64,000 nt of DNA from Pirellulales bacterium (GTDB taxonomy: Bacteria > Planctomycetota > Planctomycetia > Pirellulales > PALSA-1355). The notes under the pieces were generated by a model. It saw nothing but the letters and a program-made list of their open reading frames with translations. It did no database searches and was not told the origin of the DNA. Below are positions 1-10,176 of the stretch, one piece after another (position 1 is the first letter of the stretch; each line of letters starts with the position of its first letter). Position numbers and translations under genes: made by a program. The stretch is taken from the NCBI GenBank assembly GCA_963733035.1, contig CAVTBU010000006.1, forward strand, positions 896,001 to 960,000, read 5' to 3'.

Positions 1-1
1 G

Positions 2-658
2 TTCGTCCAGAGCGATGCACCGGCGATCGCCGGGCTGGCCCGCGAGGTGGTTGGCACCGCCAGCCACGACGTGGAGCGTGCCTGCCGGCTGTTTTATGCG
101 GTTCGCGACGGGATTCGCTACGACGCGTATAACATCGTGGTGAGCCGGCAGACGCTGACGGCTACCCATGTGCTGGAGGCCGGCCAGTCGTGGTGCGTGC
201 CAAAGAGCGTGCTTTTGGCAGCCGTTTGCCGAGCGGTCGGAATTCCCTGTCGCTTGTGCTATGCCAACGTGTGCAATCACATGGCGACCAGGAAGCTGCT
301 CGATTTTCTGGGCACCAACGTCTTCTATTACCACGGGTACAACGAGATCTTTCTGGGCGGTCGGTGGGTGAAGGCAACCGTATCGTTCAATCGCACGCTG
401 TGCGAAAAGGCGGGGCTTGCGCCGCTCGAATTCGATGGCGAGCACGACTCGATCTACCATCCGTACGACCTTGCCGGGCAGAAATACATGGAGTACCTGC
501 AAGATCACGGGCACCATGCGGACGTACCCTACGACGATATTGTGCGGACGTTCGAGGACCGTTACCCGAACGTGCAGAAGTTGGCCGCGAAAGGGACCGG
601 GCTGAAAGGCGACTTTGCGGCCGAACTTGCCGCCGAATCGGTCGAAAACGGCCGCTGA
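2..658 (+). CDS. Transglutaminase-like family protein (5' partial)
   Basis: Frame open from the window edge; catalytic-type motifs WCVPKSVLLAAVCRAVGIP and HGYNEIFLGGRWVKAT. Confidence 0.85.
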   Translation, partial: FVQSDAPAIAGLAREVVGTASHDVERACRLFYAVRDGIRYDAYNIVVSRQTLTATHVLEAGQSWCVPKSVLLAAVCRAVGIPCRLCYANVCNHMATRKLLDFLGTNVFYYHGYNEIFLGGRWVKATVSFNRTLCEKAGLAPLEFDGEHDSIYHPYDLAGQKYMEYLQDHGHHADVPYDDIVRTFEDRYPNVQKLAAKGTGLKGDFAAELAAESVENGR

Positions 659-841
659 ACGATCAAGGGGTCGCGGGCAAGCAGCGTAGCGGTGGTAACG
701 ATTGGCGCGAAGCCAGTCAGGCGGCACCAGGCCGAAATCAAATGGCCGGGTGGCAGATCGCCATCCCATCTGTCGGGCGTCATTTGACGGTCCAGCCGAG
801 TGTACTACGTTTCTGTTGAGCACCCTGAAGGAGTTCGGTGG

Positions 842-1528
842 ATGGAACAGAAAACCGTAAAGTCACGGCGTTGGATTTCGGCGCCGGGAGTCATCGGCTG
901 GCTCAGTGTTTGCCTATTAGCCGGCGCATACGGCCATACGCTCGACGCGCGTTGGCAACAACTTTGGGCTGAAATGGGCTCGCTGGGTTTGGCCGCGGCC
1001 TTGGGCCTGGGGAGCATCGACCGACTGCGTCAGGCTCGTCTAAAGCGGCTGCGCGATTTGGCCCTGCAAGCGCGATTTGAGTTTGGGCTCGACCGCTTGC
1101 ATCAACACCGGGCGACGATCGATTCGATCAATGCCGCCGTGCGACAACTGGCGCAACAAGCGAGCACCGAGGTACGTGGCAAAATCGGCACCGCGACGCG
1201 CAATCGCCGCCGCGATCAGATTGAGTTGCTCGCCGATTACCCGCTCGAAATCGTACCGGTGGACGAGCGCGACGAAACCAGCCGACTGCTGCCGCCGATT
1301 GTCGGCACGCTTCAGCAAGTTTCGTCGCGGGTGGTTTCGTTTGAGCACATCGAACCCATCCACGCGCATACGGTGATGCTCAACTTTCGCACGGGTCAGC
1401 GTCGGCTGTCATTCGTGGTCGAAGTTGCCTGGACCCAGAAAGTCGACGGGGCATATTGCAGCGGAGGCACTGTCTTGGCCGTGGGCGTGCCGAGCGAAGA
1501 AGCCGATCGCGAGACGGTGACGGGATAG
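842..1528 (+). CDS. Hypothetical membrane protein, possible PilZ-like C-terminal domain
   Basis: Two N-terminal hydrophobic segments; C-terminal RRRDQ...VVEVAWTQ pattern loosely like PilZ. Confidence 0.5.
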   Translation: MEQKTVKSRRWISAPGVIGWLSVCLLAGAYGHTLDARWQQLWAEMGSLGLAAALGLGSIDRLRQARLKRLRDLALQARFEFGLDRLHQHRATIDSINAAVRQLAQQASTEVRGKIGTATRNRRRDQIELLADYPLEIVPVDERDETSRLLPPIVGTLQQVSSRVVSFEHIEPIHAHTVMLNFRTGQRRLSFVVEVAWTQKVDGAYCSGGTVLAVGVPSEEADRETVTG

Positions 1529-1892
1529 AGTGGCGTTCGGCCGCGAATTCACCGCGGCTCCCTGGGCCGGCTGATGCGCGCGTCTGCGTGCTAGCAATTC
1601 ACGCGGTGTGACTTGCCCCGGCTCCGATCCCGTTAGCGAAGCTTTACGGGCCGTTCTTAGCGTGCTGGTTGCCCAAAAACTTCGGTTTGGGTGAGGATCG
1701 CCGGGGGCGCGATCCGAATATCGAGTATAGGCAGGTCGTCTCGCCCGTCTGACCCAAGTCGCCAAGTAACCTGCCCGGTTATCCCGTCACCGATCGTTTC
1801 CCATCATCGGGCGCACGCAGCTCGCCGCCAGAAGACCCACTTACTGGGCGGAAAGAGCCGTCGCGCTTGCGTCAACGCACAAGGAAGTAGAC

Positions 1893-2519
1893 ATGCGAGT
1901 TTTCATTGCCGCTGGCCTGACCGCGGCGACGGTCTTGTTGGCGGGCACCGGTTGCTCGACCATGAAAATGCCGTCCCTACCGAAGTTCGGAAAAAGTAAG
2001 AAGGCGGCCGATACTTCCAAGTTGGCAAACGCGCCGCCGGCTCCTCCGTTCGGCTCGACGGCCGGCACGGCGCCGAACGTCACGATGCCCGGGGCGACAT
2101 CGGCGCCCAACTACCCGGTCTATCCGGGGACGACCTATCCGCAAACGCCGTATCCCGCGGCCACGGTGGCGGCGACCGCTCCGGCGCCGACCTACACCGC
2201 GGCCGTGCCGAACTATAGCAATGCGACTGCGTATGGTTCCATGCCGCCGAGCGCCCCGACGGCGACGCCCGCTAATCCGTACGCGGCGTATCCGCCAGCC
2301 GCCGGCCCGGCAGCTTCGCCCTATGCCGCGCCTGCGGCACCGGGTTATGCCCAGCAGCCGCCGAATCCATACGCAGCACCACCGGCGAATCCTTATGGAC
2401 AACAACCGCCATCTGGCTACGCCGCGCAAGGGGCACCTTCATATGCTCCGCCGAGTAATCCCTACGCCGCGCCGGCAGCACAGAATGCCGCCAATCCGTA
2501 CGGCAACGTGACGCGTTAA
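1893..2519 (+). CDS. Pro/Ala/Tyr-rich lipoprotein
   Basis: Signal peptide with lipobox LLAGTGC; AAGGAAG RBS; low-complexity tail with repeated NPYA/NPYG. Confidence 0.75.
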   Translation: MRVFIAAGLTAATVLLAGTGCSTMKMPSLPKFGKSKKAADTSKLANAPPAPPFGSTAGTAPNVTMPGATSAPNYPVYPGTTYPQTPYPAATVAATAPAPTYTAAVPNYSNATAYGSMPPSAPTATPANPYAAYPPAAGPAASPYAAPAAPGYAQQPPNPYAAPPANPYGQQPPSGYAAQGAPSYAPPSNPYAAPAAQNAANPYGNVTR

Positions 2520-2560
2520 TCACCGCAAATAGCGCAGCAAGCGCGCTTTAGCCAATCGAC

Positions 2561-2606
2561 ACACGGCCCGGACATCTCCTCGCGAGTTCCGGGCCGTGTT
2601 CGTTTT
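2561..2606 (+). terminator. Probable intrinsic terminator
   Basis: ACACGGCCCGGA...TCCGGGCCGTGT hairpin followed by TCGTTTT, downstream of the lipoprotein gene. Confidence 0.6.
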
Positions 2607-2764
2607 GCGCGGTGGCGGGTGCCCCCTGGCGGGCTGCTTGCCGCGACAGGTAACATGAGGGGGGAATCACGCCTCGTGCCAGTTTTGCGGTCGGCGTCTC
2701 GAACATGCAGCGCAACAGTCACGTTCATTTCAGCGATCAGACGCATCATGCGGCCGAAAGTCCG

Positions 2765-3682
2765 ATGTTGCTCACGTTCGAGCACGTGACTAAGTTCTAC
2801 GGCGCCGTGATCGGCATCAACAACGTCAGCTGCCGCATCGGCCCGGGCATCACCGGACTGCTGGGAGCCAACGGCGCGGGCAAGAGCACGCTCATCAAGC
2901 TTGCCAGCGGGCAGCTGCGGCCCAGTCAGGGCAAAGTCCAAATTGGCGGACGCGACGCCTGGGGCACCGCCGCCAAACATCATTTGGGCTACAGTCCCGA
3001 CATCAACAGCTTCTACGAGGAAATGACCGGCCGAGAGTTCGTTTACGCCATGGCTCGCCTGCACGGTTATTCGCGCCGCGAAGCCCGCGAACGAACCGAG
3101 CACGTGTTGGACGAGGTGGGAATGGTCGAACGGGGGAATCGGCGATTGGCCGGCTGCAGCCATGGCATGCGGCAGCGGATCAAGCTGGCTCAGGCGCTGG
3201 TCCACGATCCCTGGCTGCTCTTGCTCGACGAACCGCTGTCGGGCATCGATCCTGGCGGACGGCGCGAAATCAACGAACTGTTGTTCCGTTTGGCCGAGCA
3301 GGGCAAAACGATTTTGGTGTCGAGTCATATCCTCTTCGAGATCGAGCAGCTGTGCGATTCGATTCTGATGATGTCTCGGGGAAGACTCATTGCCTCGGGC
3401 ACCTTGGCCGAGGTTCGGCAAATGATGCGGCACCGGCCGCAGGTGGTTGAGATTGCCGCCGAGCCGGTTCGGAGATTGGCCTCGTTGCTTGCCGAGTACC
3501 CGGATGTGCTGGCGGTCGAGGTGCGAGAAGGGTCGTTGGTGGTCAAGACGCGCAACCCGCTCGATTTCTTTGCGCGTGTGGGAGACCTGGTGTGCGGGCA
3601 GGGGATTGAAGTACGGCGGATGCAAACGCTCGATTCCGGCGCGGATGCGGTGTTCGACTACCTGGAACAGGGGCCGCGATGA
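2765..3682 (+). CDS. ABC transporter ATP-binding protein
   Basis: Walker A GANGAGKST, signature CSHGMRQR, Walker B LLLLDEP. Confidence 0.95.
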   Translation: MLLTFEHVTKFYGAVIGINNVSCRIGPGITGLLGANGAGKSTLIKLASGQLRPSQGKVQIGGRDAWGTAAKHHLGYSPDINSFYEEMTGREFVYAMARLHGYSRREARERTEHVLDEVGMVERGNRRLAGCSHGMRQRIKLAQALVHDPWLLLLDEPLSGIDPGGRREINELLFRLAEQGKTILVSSHILFEIEQLCDSILMMSRGRLIASGTLAEVRQMMRHRPQVVEIAAEPVRRLASLLAEYPDVLAVEVREGSLVVKTRNPLDFFARVGDLVCGQGIEVRRMQTLDSGADAVFDYLEQGPR

Positions 3683-4437
3683 AATTACTCAGGGCCTGGA
3701 GCACGCTGGTTGCGCTGTCGTTCACGCGGCTGTTCTGGTCGAGCAGCATGCTGATGGTACTGCTGCCGCTCGCCGGCTGCCTGCTTTTCGTATTGCGCCG
3801 GCACTACAACCATCCGCTGTTCACGCAGGACGAATTCCGTGAGTTCAGCGAATTCATGATCGTGGTGTTCGCGTCGTTCGTGGTGCCGATTTGCGCCTTG
3901 GCGTTTGGCACGGCCAGCGTGGGAGGTGATCGCGAGGACCGCACGCTGGTGTTCCTGCTTGTGCGGCCGATTCCGCGGTGGTTGATTCTGTTGGCCAAGT
4001 TCGCCGCGACGTTGCCGCTTGTGCTGGGCCTGGTCGTCGGCAGCTATTGGCTCTACTGCCGCCTGGCCGGAGCGGTCGGCCAGGTGGCGTTCGAGCTTTA
4101 CTTGCCGGCTGTCGTCTACATGACGTTGGCCTACGTTTGCCTGTTTCACTTGTTCGCCGTGGCGTTTCGTCATGCCACGATTATCGCCCTGGTGTATGCC
4201 GTCTTCATGGAGACGCTGATCGGCAACCTGCCGGGAATCGTCAAGCGCGTGGCTGTGAACTACTACGGCCGCTCGATTCTGTATGATGCGGGTAGCAGCG
4301 ACGGAGTGCGGCTGCCGAAAGGTTTCGAGGCCCTGTCGGTCGAGGTGGCCAGTTGGGCCCTGGCGGGCATTGCCGCGGGCGGACTGATCCTGGCGTGCGT
4401 CATCTTTGCACGCCGCGAGTATCGCGATTTGACGTAA
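3679..4437 (+). CDS. ABC-2 type transporter permease
   Basis: About 6 TM segments, EDRTLVFLLVRPIPR motif, ATGA overlap with the ATPase. Confidence 0.9.
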   Translation: MKLLRAWSTLVALSFTRLFWSSSMLMVLLPLAGCLLFVLRRHYNHPLFTQDEFREFSEFMIVVFASFVVPICALAFGTASVGGDREDRTLVFLLVRPIPRWLILLAKFAATLPLVLGLVVGSYWLYCRLAGAVGQVAFELYLPAVVYMTLAYVCLFHLFAVAFRHATIIALVYAVFMETLIGNLPGIVKRVAVNYYGRSILYDAGSSDGVRLPKGFEALSVEVASWALAGIAAGGLILACVIFARREYRDLT

Positions 4438-4456
4438 TGCCGCCGGATTGGTTCGG

Positions 4457-5392
4457 CTACTCGACGACGTCGACGGTGCGCACGCGGTGGACCAGCGCGG
4501 CTAGCGCCACGCCGCACACGACGGTGAGCAGCGCCAGGGCACACCAGGCCAAATCTTGCTCGGTATCGGTGCGAAACGATCCGAAGCACATTCGGCCCAC
4601 CGTGCGCATGTCCCACCAGGGGTCGAGCAAGCGCCAGGCTTCGTTGTCGGTCGCACGTCGCAAATACCCGGCCAATACGCCCAACAAGAAGAAGATCGTG
4701 GCCCAGGTGATGGTAATCGGCACGATTCGCTGCAAGTAGGCCGACAGCGTTACCAGCAGGACGCTGTTGACGATGCACAGCACCAGCCCAAACATCAGCA
4801 CGGCCACGGGGATCTGCCAATTGTCAATCCAGTATTGCGTCGATGCCGTGAACATGCCGTATTCCATGAAGAGCAGCAGTGCCGGGAGGATCGTGAGAAT
4901 GGCAACCAGCGTGCTTACGGCCAACAGCTTGCCGACGATATAGTGCCGTCGATCGATGCGCCGCGAGAGATAAAATGGCAGCGTCTTGAGGCGAAAGTCG
5001 GCACCGACCAGCAGACTGCCGGAAAACGCCAGCAAGATCATCACCACGATCTGCTGGCCTTCCATGAAGCGAATGTAACCGTTGTTCTGGTCGACGTCGC
5101 TGCTGGCGGTGAACCCGAACTCTTTGAGGAACATTTGGCTCATCTCCTCGGGCAGCGGCAGTTGCGTCACCGCCCAGATGATGCTCCAAAAGGCCAGAAA
5201 TCGAAACGTGCCTATACCCAGCACGACCCAATAGGCCTTGTTTCGTAAGACTTGCACGACCGCCACGCGGACCATCGCCAGGCAGGCGGTCCATGGAGAT
5301 CGCAAGCGATGGTCTTCCCAGCCGTGATAGCGAGCTCGATCGAGATCCATGTTGACAGGTGGGTGAAGGAGTGAATGCCCCGGTTCGGACAA
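4457..5392 (-). CDS. ABC transporter permease
   Basis: Multiple TM segments; DFRLKTLPFYLSRRIDRRHYIVGK motif. Confidence 0.85.
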   Translation of the reverse strand: MSEPGHSLLHPPVNMDLDRARYHGWEDHRLRSPWTACLAMVRVAVVQVLRNKAYWVVLGIGTFRFLAFWSIIWAVTQLPLPEEMSQMFLKEFGFTASSDVDQNNGYIRFMEGQQIVVMILLAFSGSLLVGADFRLKTLPFYLSRRIDRRHYIVGKLLAVSTLVAILTILPALLLFMEYGMFTASTQYWIDNWQIPVAVLMFGLVLCIVNSVLLVTLSAYLQRIVPITITWATIFFLLGVLAGYLRRATDNEAWRLLDPWWDMRTVGRMCFGSFRTDTEQDLAWCALALLTVVCGVALAALVHRVRTVDVVE

Positions 5393-5409
5393 CCGGGAAG
5401 GGAGTGGAA

Positions 5410-6351
5410 CTAGGCAGCAGGGACTTCAGGCTCCTCGGCCGTCACGCGGAAGAACAGACGCTCGAGGTTTTCCTCGTCGGCCTTGAGCTCGGTGACCACG
5501 GCATCGGACGAGCGGGCCAGTTCGAAGAATCGCCGCGTGCCAAAATCGTCGGGAACGAGCACCATGATTTTGTTTTGGCCAGTTTCGTCGGGGTCGGCAA
5601 AGCGGGCGCCGGCTGAAGCGAGCGCGCGACGAAAGCCTTCGTTCGAGCCGGACCAGCTTAATTCCCACCGTCCAGAGATTTGCGCCCGCATCGAATCCAT
5701 CGTTCCGGCACGGACCACCGTGCCGCGGTCGAGCACGACGATCTGCTGGCAGAGTCGCTCGACGTCGCCCAGCAAATGCGTGCAGAGGATGACACTCTTG
5801 CCGGTTTCGGCGATGAGGTCTTCCAGCAGGGCGAGCATTGCCATCCGACCGGCCGGATCGAGGCCGTTGGTTGGTTCGTCGAGCAGCAGTAGCTGCGGAT
5901 CATGCACCAGCGCCGCAGCCAATTTGAGTCGCTGCAAGTTGCCGCTGGAGTACTCCTCGAGCCGGCGATAGCGCAGCTCGCCAAGCCCGACGTAGTTGAG
6001 CACCTCGTGGGCGCGACGTTTGGCATCGCGGTGCGGCATGCCGTAGAGATCGCCGGCAAACGCCACGAACTCGACGCCCTTGAGCATTGGCACGATGGCT
6101 GCGGCCTCTGGCATGTAGCCGACGCGTCCGCGCAATTCGCGCGAGCCGCGGCGGATGTCGCATTCGAGGATGGTACCTTCGCCCTTGTCGGGTTCGAGCA
6201 GGCCGAGCAGGACTTTTAGCAGCGTGGACTTGCCGGCGCCGTTGTTGCCCACCAGGCCGACCGTGCCGGCATGCAGCGAAAGGTTCACATCGCGTAGAGC
6301 CTGGACGCTGCCAAAACTGCGGCTGACATGGTGTATATCGACGATCTGCAT
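5410..6351 (-). CDS. ABC transporter ATP-binding protein
   Basis: GNNGAGKST, YSSGNLQR, LLLLDEP; start chosen at MQIVDIHHV. Confidence 0.95.
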   Translation of the reverse strand: MQIVDIHHVSRSFGSVQALRDVNLSLHAGTVGLVGNNGAGKSTLLKVLLGLLEPDKGEGTILECDIRRGSRELRGRVGYMPEAAAIVPMLKGVEFVAFAGDLYGMPHRDAKRRAHEVLNYVGLGELRYRRLEEYSSGNLQRLKLAAALVHDPQLLLLDEPTNGLDPAGRMAMLALLEDLIAETGKSVILCTHLLGDVERLCQQIVVLDRGTVVRAGTMDSMRAQISGRWELSWSGSNEGFRRALASAGARFADPDETGQNKIMVLVPDDFGTRRFFELARSSDAVVTELKADEENLERLFFRVTAEEPEVPAA

Positions 6352-6507
6352 GCCGAAAACCGCGGTCGAATCGGGCGTCTGCGCTGGTGTACTGGGGCTC
6401 GGGTGAATGATACCATTGAAGTCTACCCTGGACCACGCCCCGCGGTTTTGCGCCGCGCCAGCCATCCGACTCACCACTCGCTTTTGTCCCAAACGTGGAG
6501 CCTTCGC

Positions 6508-7689
6508 ATGCGTCTTGCTGTCCCGGCACTGATTGGCATCCTGTTGTTTTCTTCGCCGGCTTTGGCCGGCCCCGAATACCACGAAGAACTCGTCTTTCCG
6601 CTTAACCCGCAGCACAACCACGCTCCGGGAATCGTGGAATGTCCGAATGGCGACTTGTTGGTCTCTTGGTATCGCGGATCTGGCGAACGCAGTGCCGATG
6701 ACGTAGCGGTGCTTGGCGCGCGGCTGCCAAAGGGCGCGAGTACCTGGAGCGAGCCGTTTGTCTTGGCGGACAATCCGGAGTTTCCCGACTGCAATACCTG
6801 CATGATGATCGACCACAAGGATAAGCTCTGGCTGTTCTGGCCGATCATCTTGGACAACCACTGGGAATCGGCGCTGACCAACTATCGCACGTCGACCGAC
6901 TACGAAGGCCCCGGCGCGCCGAAGTGGGATTGGCAAGGCGTCGTGTGGCTCAAGCCCGAGGACTTCAAGGACGAAGCCCTGACGCTATTTGCCGAGGGCC
7001 TCAAGAAGTTTCCCAAACCCGCGGCCGAGCGAATCAAAAAAGAGTACGGTGGCGAGTTGGAAAAACGGTTGGCCGACAAACTGTACCAGCGATTGGGCTG
7101 GCAGCCGCGCTGCAAGCCGACCATTCTGTCGACGGGCCGCATCGTGCTGCCGCTCTATAGCGATACGTATTCTTTTGGAATCATGGCGCTGAGCGACGAC
7201 GGTGGTGAGCATTGGTATGCCAGCAAACCGCTGATGGGCTTTGGCAACATTCAGCCGGCCGTGCTCGAGCGCAAAGACGGTTCGCTGGTGGCCTACATGC
7301 GCGAAAACGGCGTCACTGATAAGATCCGCGTCGCCGAGTCGACCGACGGCGGCAAGACCTGGGGGCCGGTCGGCGAGTTGGACATGCCGAACCCCGGCTC
7401 GGGACTGGATGCGGTGAAGCTGGCCAACGGCCACTGGGTGTTGATTCATAACGACACGACGCGGGGTCGCAATAGCCTGGCTGTTTCGCTGTCGGAGGAC
7501 GAGGGAAAGACCTGGAGCCATGTGCGGCACCTGGAAAAGCATCCCAAGGGGTCGTACCACTACCCGGCCATCATCCAGGGGAAGGACGGGACGATCCATG
7601 CGATTTACAGTTACTTTGTCGAGGGGGGCAAATCGATGAAGCATGCCGCCTTCAACGAAGATTGGATCAAGGCCGGCGACCCCCAGTAA
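6508..7689 (+). CDS. Sialidase/BNR-repeat family protein, secreted
   Basis: Signal peptide; Asp-box repeats SDDGGEHW, STDGGKTW, SEDEGKTW; YHYPAIIQ. Confidence 0.85.
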   Translation: MRLAVPALIGILLFSSPALAGPEYHEELVFPLNPQHNHAPGIVECPNGDLLVSWYRGSGERSADDVAVLGARLPKGASTWSEPFVLADNPEFPDCNTCMMIDHKDKLWLFWPIILDNHWESALTNYRTSTDYEGPGAPKWDWQGVVWLKPEDFKDEALTLFAEGLKKFPKPAAERIKKEYGGELEKRLADKLYQRLGWQPRCKPTILSTGRIVLPLYSDTYSFGIMALSDDGGEHWYASKPLMGFGNIQPAVLERKDGSLVAYMRENGVTDKIRVAESTDGGKTWGPVGELDMPNPGSGLDAVKLANGHWVLIHNDTTRGRNSLAVSLSEDEGKTWSHVRHLEKHPKGSYHYPAIIQGKDGTIHAIYSYFVEGGKSMKHAAFNEDWIKAGDPQ

Positions 7690-7764
7690 AGTCGATCGAA
7701 AGTAGCCTTGTCGTCCGTCTGCCATTGCTCGTTTCGCATCTTCCACCGGGAGTTTGATTTCGCC

Positions 7765-8706
7765 ATGCGCTTATCCACGGTTTGCCTCGTTGCGTTGCTG
7801 TTTGTCTTGCCTGAATCTGCCTCATTCACGTTGGCCGCCGAAACCGAAGGTAAACGTTGCGTCATTATTCATGCCGACGACGCCGGCATGTCGCACTCGG
7901 TGAACCGGGCTACCATCGCCGCGATGGAGCAGGGGATTGTCTCGTCGGCCAGCATCATGGTGCCCTGCCCGTGGTTCAAAGAGATTGCCGCGTACGCCAA
8001 GGCACATCCGGAGAAGGATTTCGGCATCCACCTGACCCTTAACAGCGAGTGGGACAACTATCGCTGGGGCCCCGTGGCCGGCAAGGACAAGGTACCTAGC
8101 CTGGTGGACGAGGAAGGCTACCTGTGGGACGGGGTGGCGCAGGTGGTGGTCAACGCCAAGGCCGCTGACGTGGAGAACGAGCTGCGCGCGCAGGTGCAGC
8201 GGGCGCTCGATTTTGGCGTGCCGGTCACGCACCTCGACACGCACATGGGCGCGGTGGTCAGCCGCCCGGACCTGATCGAGGTTTACGTCAAACTGGGAAT
8301 CGAGTTCAACGTGCCGGTATTCTTTTTACGGAACCCGCGGCGCGAAGTGGCCGATGAAAAGATTCGCGCCTGCGCGGTGCAGCTTGCGCAAACCCTGGAT
8401 GAGCACAAGCTGCCGGTGCTCGACCAGATGACGCAGCTCTACACGAACGGAAGCTTTGAGGACAAGTCGGCCCAATATCTGAAGGCGATTAACGACACCA
8501 AGCCAGGCGTCCAATACCTGATTCTGCACTGCGGCTACAATGACGACGAGCTACAGGCCATCACCACCAGCAACCAGATCCGCGACACCGACCGCCGCAT
8601 CTTCACCGACCCCGAGTTCATCGACGCGGTAAAAAAGACCGGCGTCGAGATCGTGACCTGGAAGCAGGTGCGGGAGATGAACGACCGGCCTGTGAGGGAA
8701 AAGTAA
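7765..8706 (+). CDS. ChbG/YdjC-family carbohydrate deacetylase
   Basis: IIHADDAGM, GIHLTLNSEW, THLDTHMG motifs. Confidence 0.9.
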   Translation: MRLSTVCLVALLFVLPESASFTLAAETEGKRCVIIHADDAGMSHSVNRATIAAMEQGIVSSASIMVPCPWFKEIAAYAKAHPEKDFGIHLTLNSEWDNYRWGPVAGKDKVPSLVDEEGYLWDGVAQVVVNAKAADVENELRAQVQRALDFGVPVTHLDTHMGAVVSRPDLIEVYVKLGIEFNVPVFFLRNPRREVADEKIRACAVQLAQTLDEHKLPVLDQMTQLYTNGSFEDKSAQYLKAINDTKPGVQYLILHCGYNDDELQAITTSNQIRDTDRRIFTDPEFIDAVKKTGVEIVTWKQVREMNDRPVREK

Positions 8707-8734
8707 GCGGCATTCGCTATCCGACATGCACAAT

Positions 8735-8762
8735 CCCAGGGAACGCATTCCCGGGGCATTTT
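8735..8762. repeat. Hairpin/REP-like element, related to the copy at 10113-10144
   Basis: CCCAGGGAACGCATTCCCGGGGCATTTT between convergent genes. Confidence 0.5.
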
Positions 8763-8786
8763 CTTGCGACCTGATGCTCGTCGTTT

Positions 8787-9983
8787 CTACAACTTTAGAT
8801 AGATGCCGCTCTTTTCCAAGTGGCGAATGAACAGGTAGGTGATGCCGAAGTAGAGGAGGAAACCGCAGGTGACGTACCAGCCGGGGGAATCCTTGGGGAC
8901 GAAGGGACTCACGGCGCCGTCGACCATGCCGTGCAGGATGTAGCCGACCAGGGCGTTGGTGCCGAGGGTGCGGAACAGGCCGAGTTGCCAGCCCCATAAG
9001 TCGCAGACGATATAGAACACCGCGTACAGCGCAAGTGATAGCCCGCCGGCGAAGGTGTGGTACGAAAGCGTTGCCGCGCGCTGGCTCATCATCCAGTAGT
9101 TGTGTTTGCGGTGCAGCGGATCGGGCGGGGCCACGAACGGCGGCTCGGGCCAGGTGAGCCGCGCACTGTCGAGCCGCTCGCCGCTGGGCAGCACGGGGTC
9201 GGGCGCATATTTCTGTTCGGCCAGCGAAGCGACCTGGTCTTCCGGCACATCGTATAGCGTCGTCAGGCTCGACATGGCCCAACCACCGGCCATTAGTAGC
9301 ACGCCCCAGACGAGGACGGCGGCCAGTCGCGGCCGGCCTGCGCCGGTGACCGCGTCGCAGGCGAGCGTGCCGAGGATGGTGGGAATCGTCCAACCGAGAA
9401 AGCCGAGGATCCCACCGTCGACGCCCGTGATGCCGTCGCTGACGCCGTTGACCCAGTGGAAATAGAACCAATGCGAAAGCACGACCTGCAACACGGCCGA
9501 GAAGATCATGTAGGCGATGCGGACGCCGGCGCTGGCGCGAATCACCGGCGTGATCCACAGCGAGGTAACGGCGATATGCATCAGCGTCTGAAACCACGTG
9601 CCGCGGAGCGAGTGCCAAAGTGCCTGGGCCGGTCCCTTGTCCAGGAAATCCTGCCAGGTGCGGGCCACGGTCGGAGCGTTGTAGACGACCAATGCCACCA
9701 GCGCCAGGCCCAGCAAGCGGCGCACCACGTGGCCGTAGGCCCGTCCGAGCCCCTCGGTTTGCGCTCGGCGCCCGAACGTCAGCCGAAAGGCGAATCCGAC
9801 CGCGAAGAAGAACTGCGGCATGATCGTGTCGGCATAGCTGCAGAATGCGTTGGTGTGCGTCAGCACGATGGGTGTGGCCACATAACCGCCCAGGAAGTTC
9901 ACCAGAAACATGCCGGCCACGGTGTAGCCGCGAAACTGGTCGAGCGAGGCGATGCGATTGGAAGCGGGACGAACGGACGACAT
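8787..9983 (-). CDS. Heparan-alpha-glucosaminide N-acetyltransferase-like membrane acyltransferase
   Basis: RIASLDQFRGYTVAGMFLVN and ADTIMPQFFFAVG motifs; many TM segments. Confidence 0.8.
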   Translation of the reverse strand: MSSVRPASNRIASLDQFRGYTVAGMFLVNFLGGYVATPIVLTHTNAFCSYADTIMPQFFFAVGFAFRLTFGRRAQTEGLGRAYGHVVRRLLGLALVALVVYNAPTVARTWQDFLDKGPAQALWHSLRGTWFQTLMHIAVTSLWITPVIRASAGVRIAYMIFSAVLQVVLSHWFYFHWVNGVSDGITGVDGGILGFLGWTIPTILGTLACDAVTGAGRPRLAAVLVWGVLLMAGGWAMSSLTTLYDVPEDQVASLAEQKYAPDPVLPSGERLDSARLTWPEPPFVAPPDPLHRKHNYWMMSQRAATLSYHTFAGGLSLALYAVFYIVCDLWGWQLGLFRTLGTNALVGYILHGMVDGAVSPFVPKDSPGWYVTCGFLLYFGITYLFIRHLEKSGIYLKL

Positions 9984-10112
9984 GCCAAATTTCGTGCGGT
10001 GGGAGAAGGAGCCGGGGGGAGAAACGTGCCAAGCCTGATCGTATCCGCCGGGACTACGTGTCCGCAAGCAGAGGACCAAACACAGGAGATTTCGTTGGCG
10101 GGGCCGCAAAAA

Positions 10113-10144
10113 GAAAACCCAGGGAAGGCATTCCCTGGGCTTTC
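10113..10144. repeat. Hairpin/REP-like element or terminator
   Basis: GAAAACCCAGGGAA-GGCA-TTCCCTGGGCTTTC near-perfect palindrome. Confidence 0.55.
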
Positions 10145-10176
10145 AACGGAATGTGCCAGTGATTGAGCGGCCGCGA

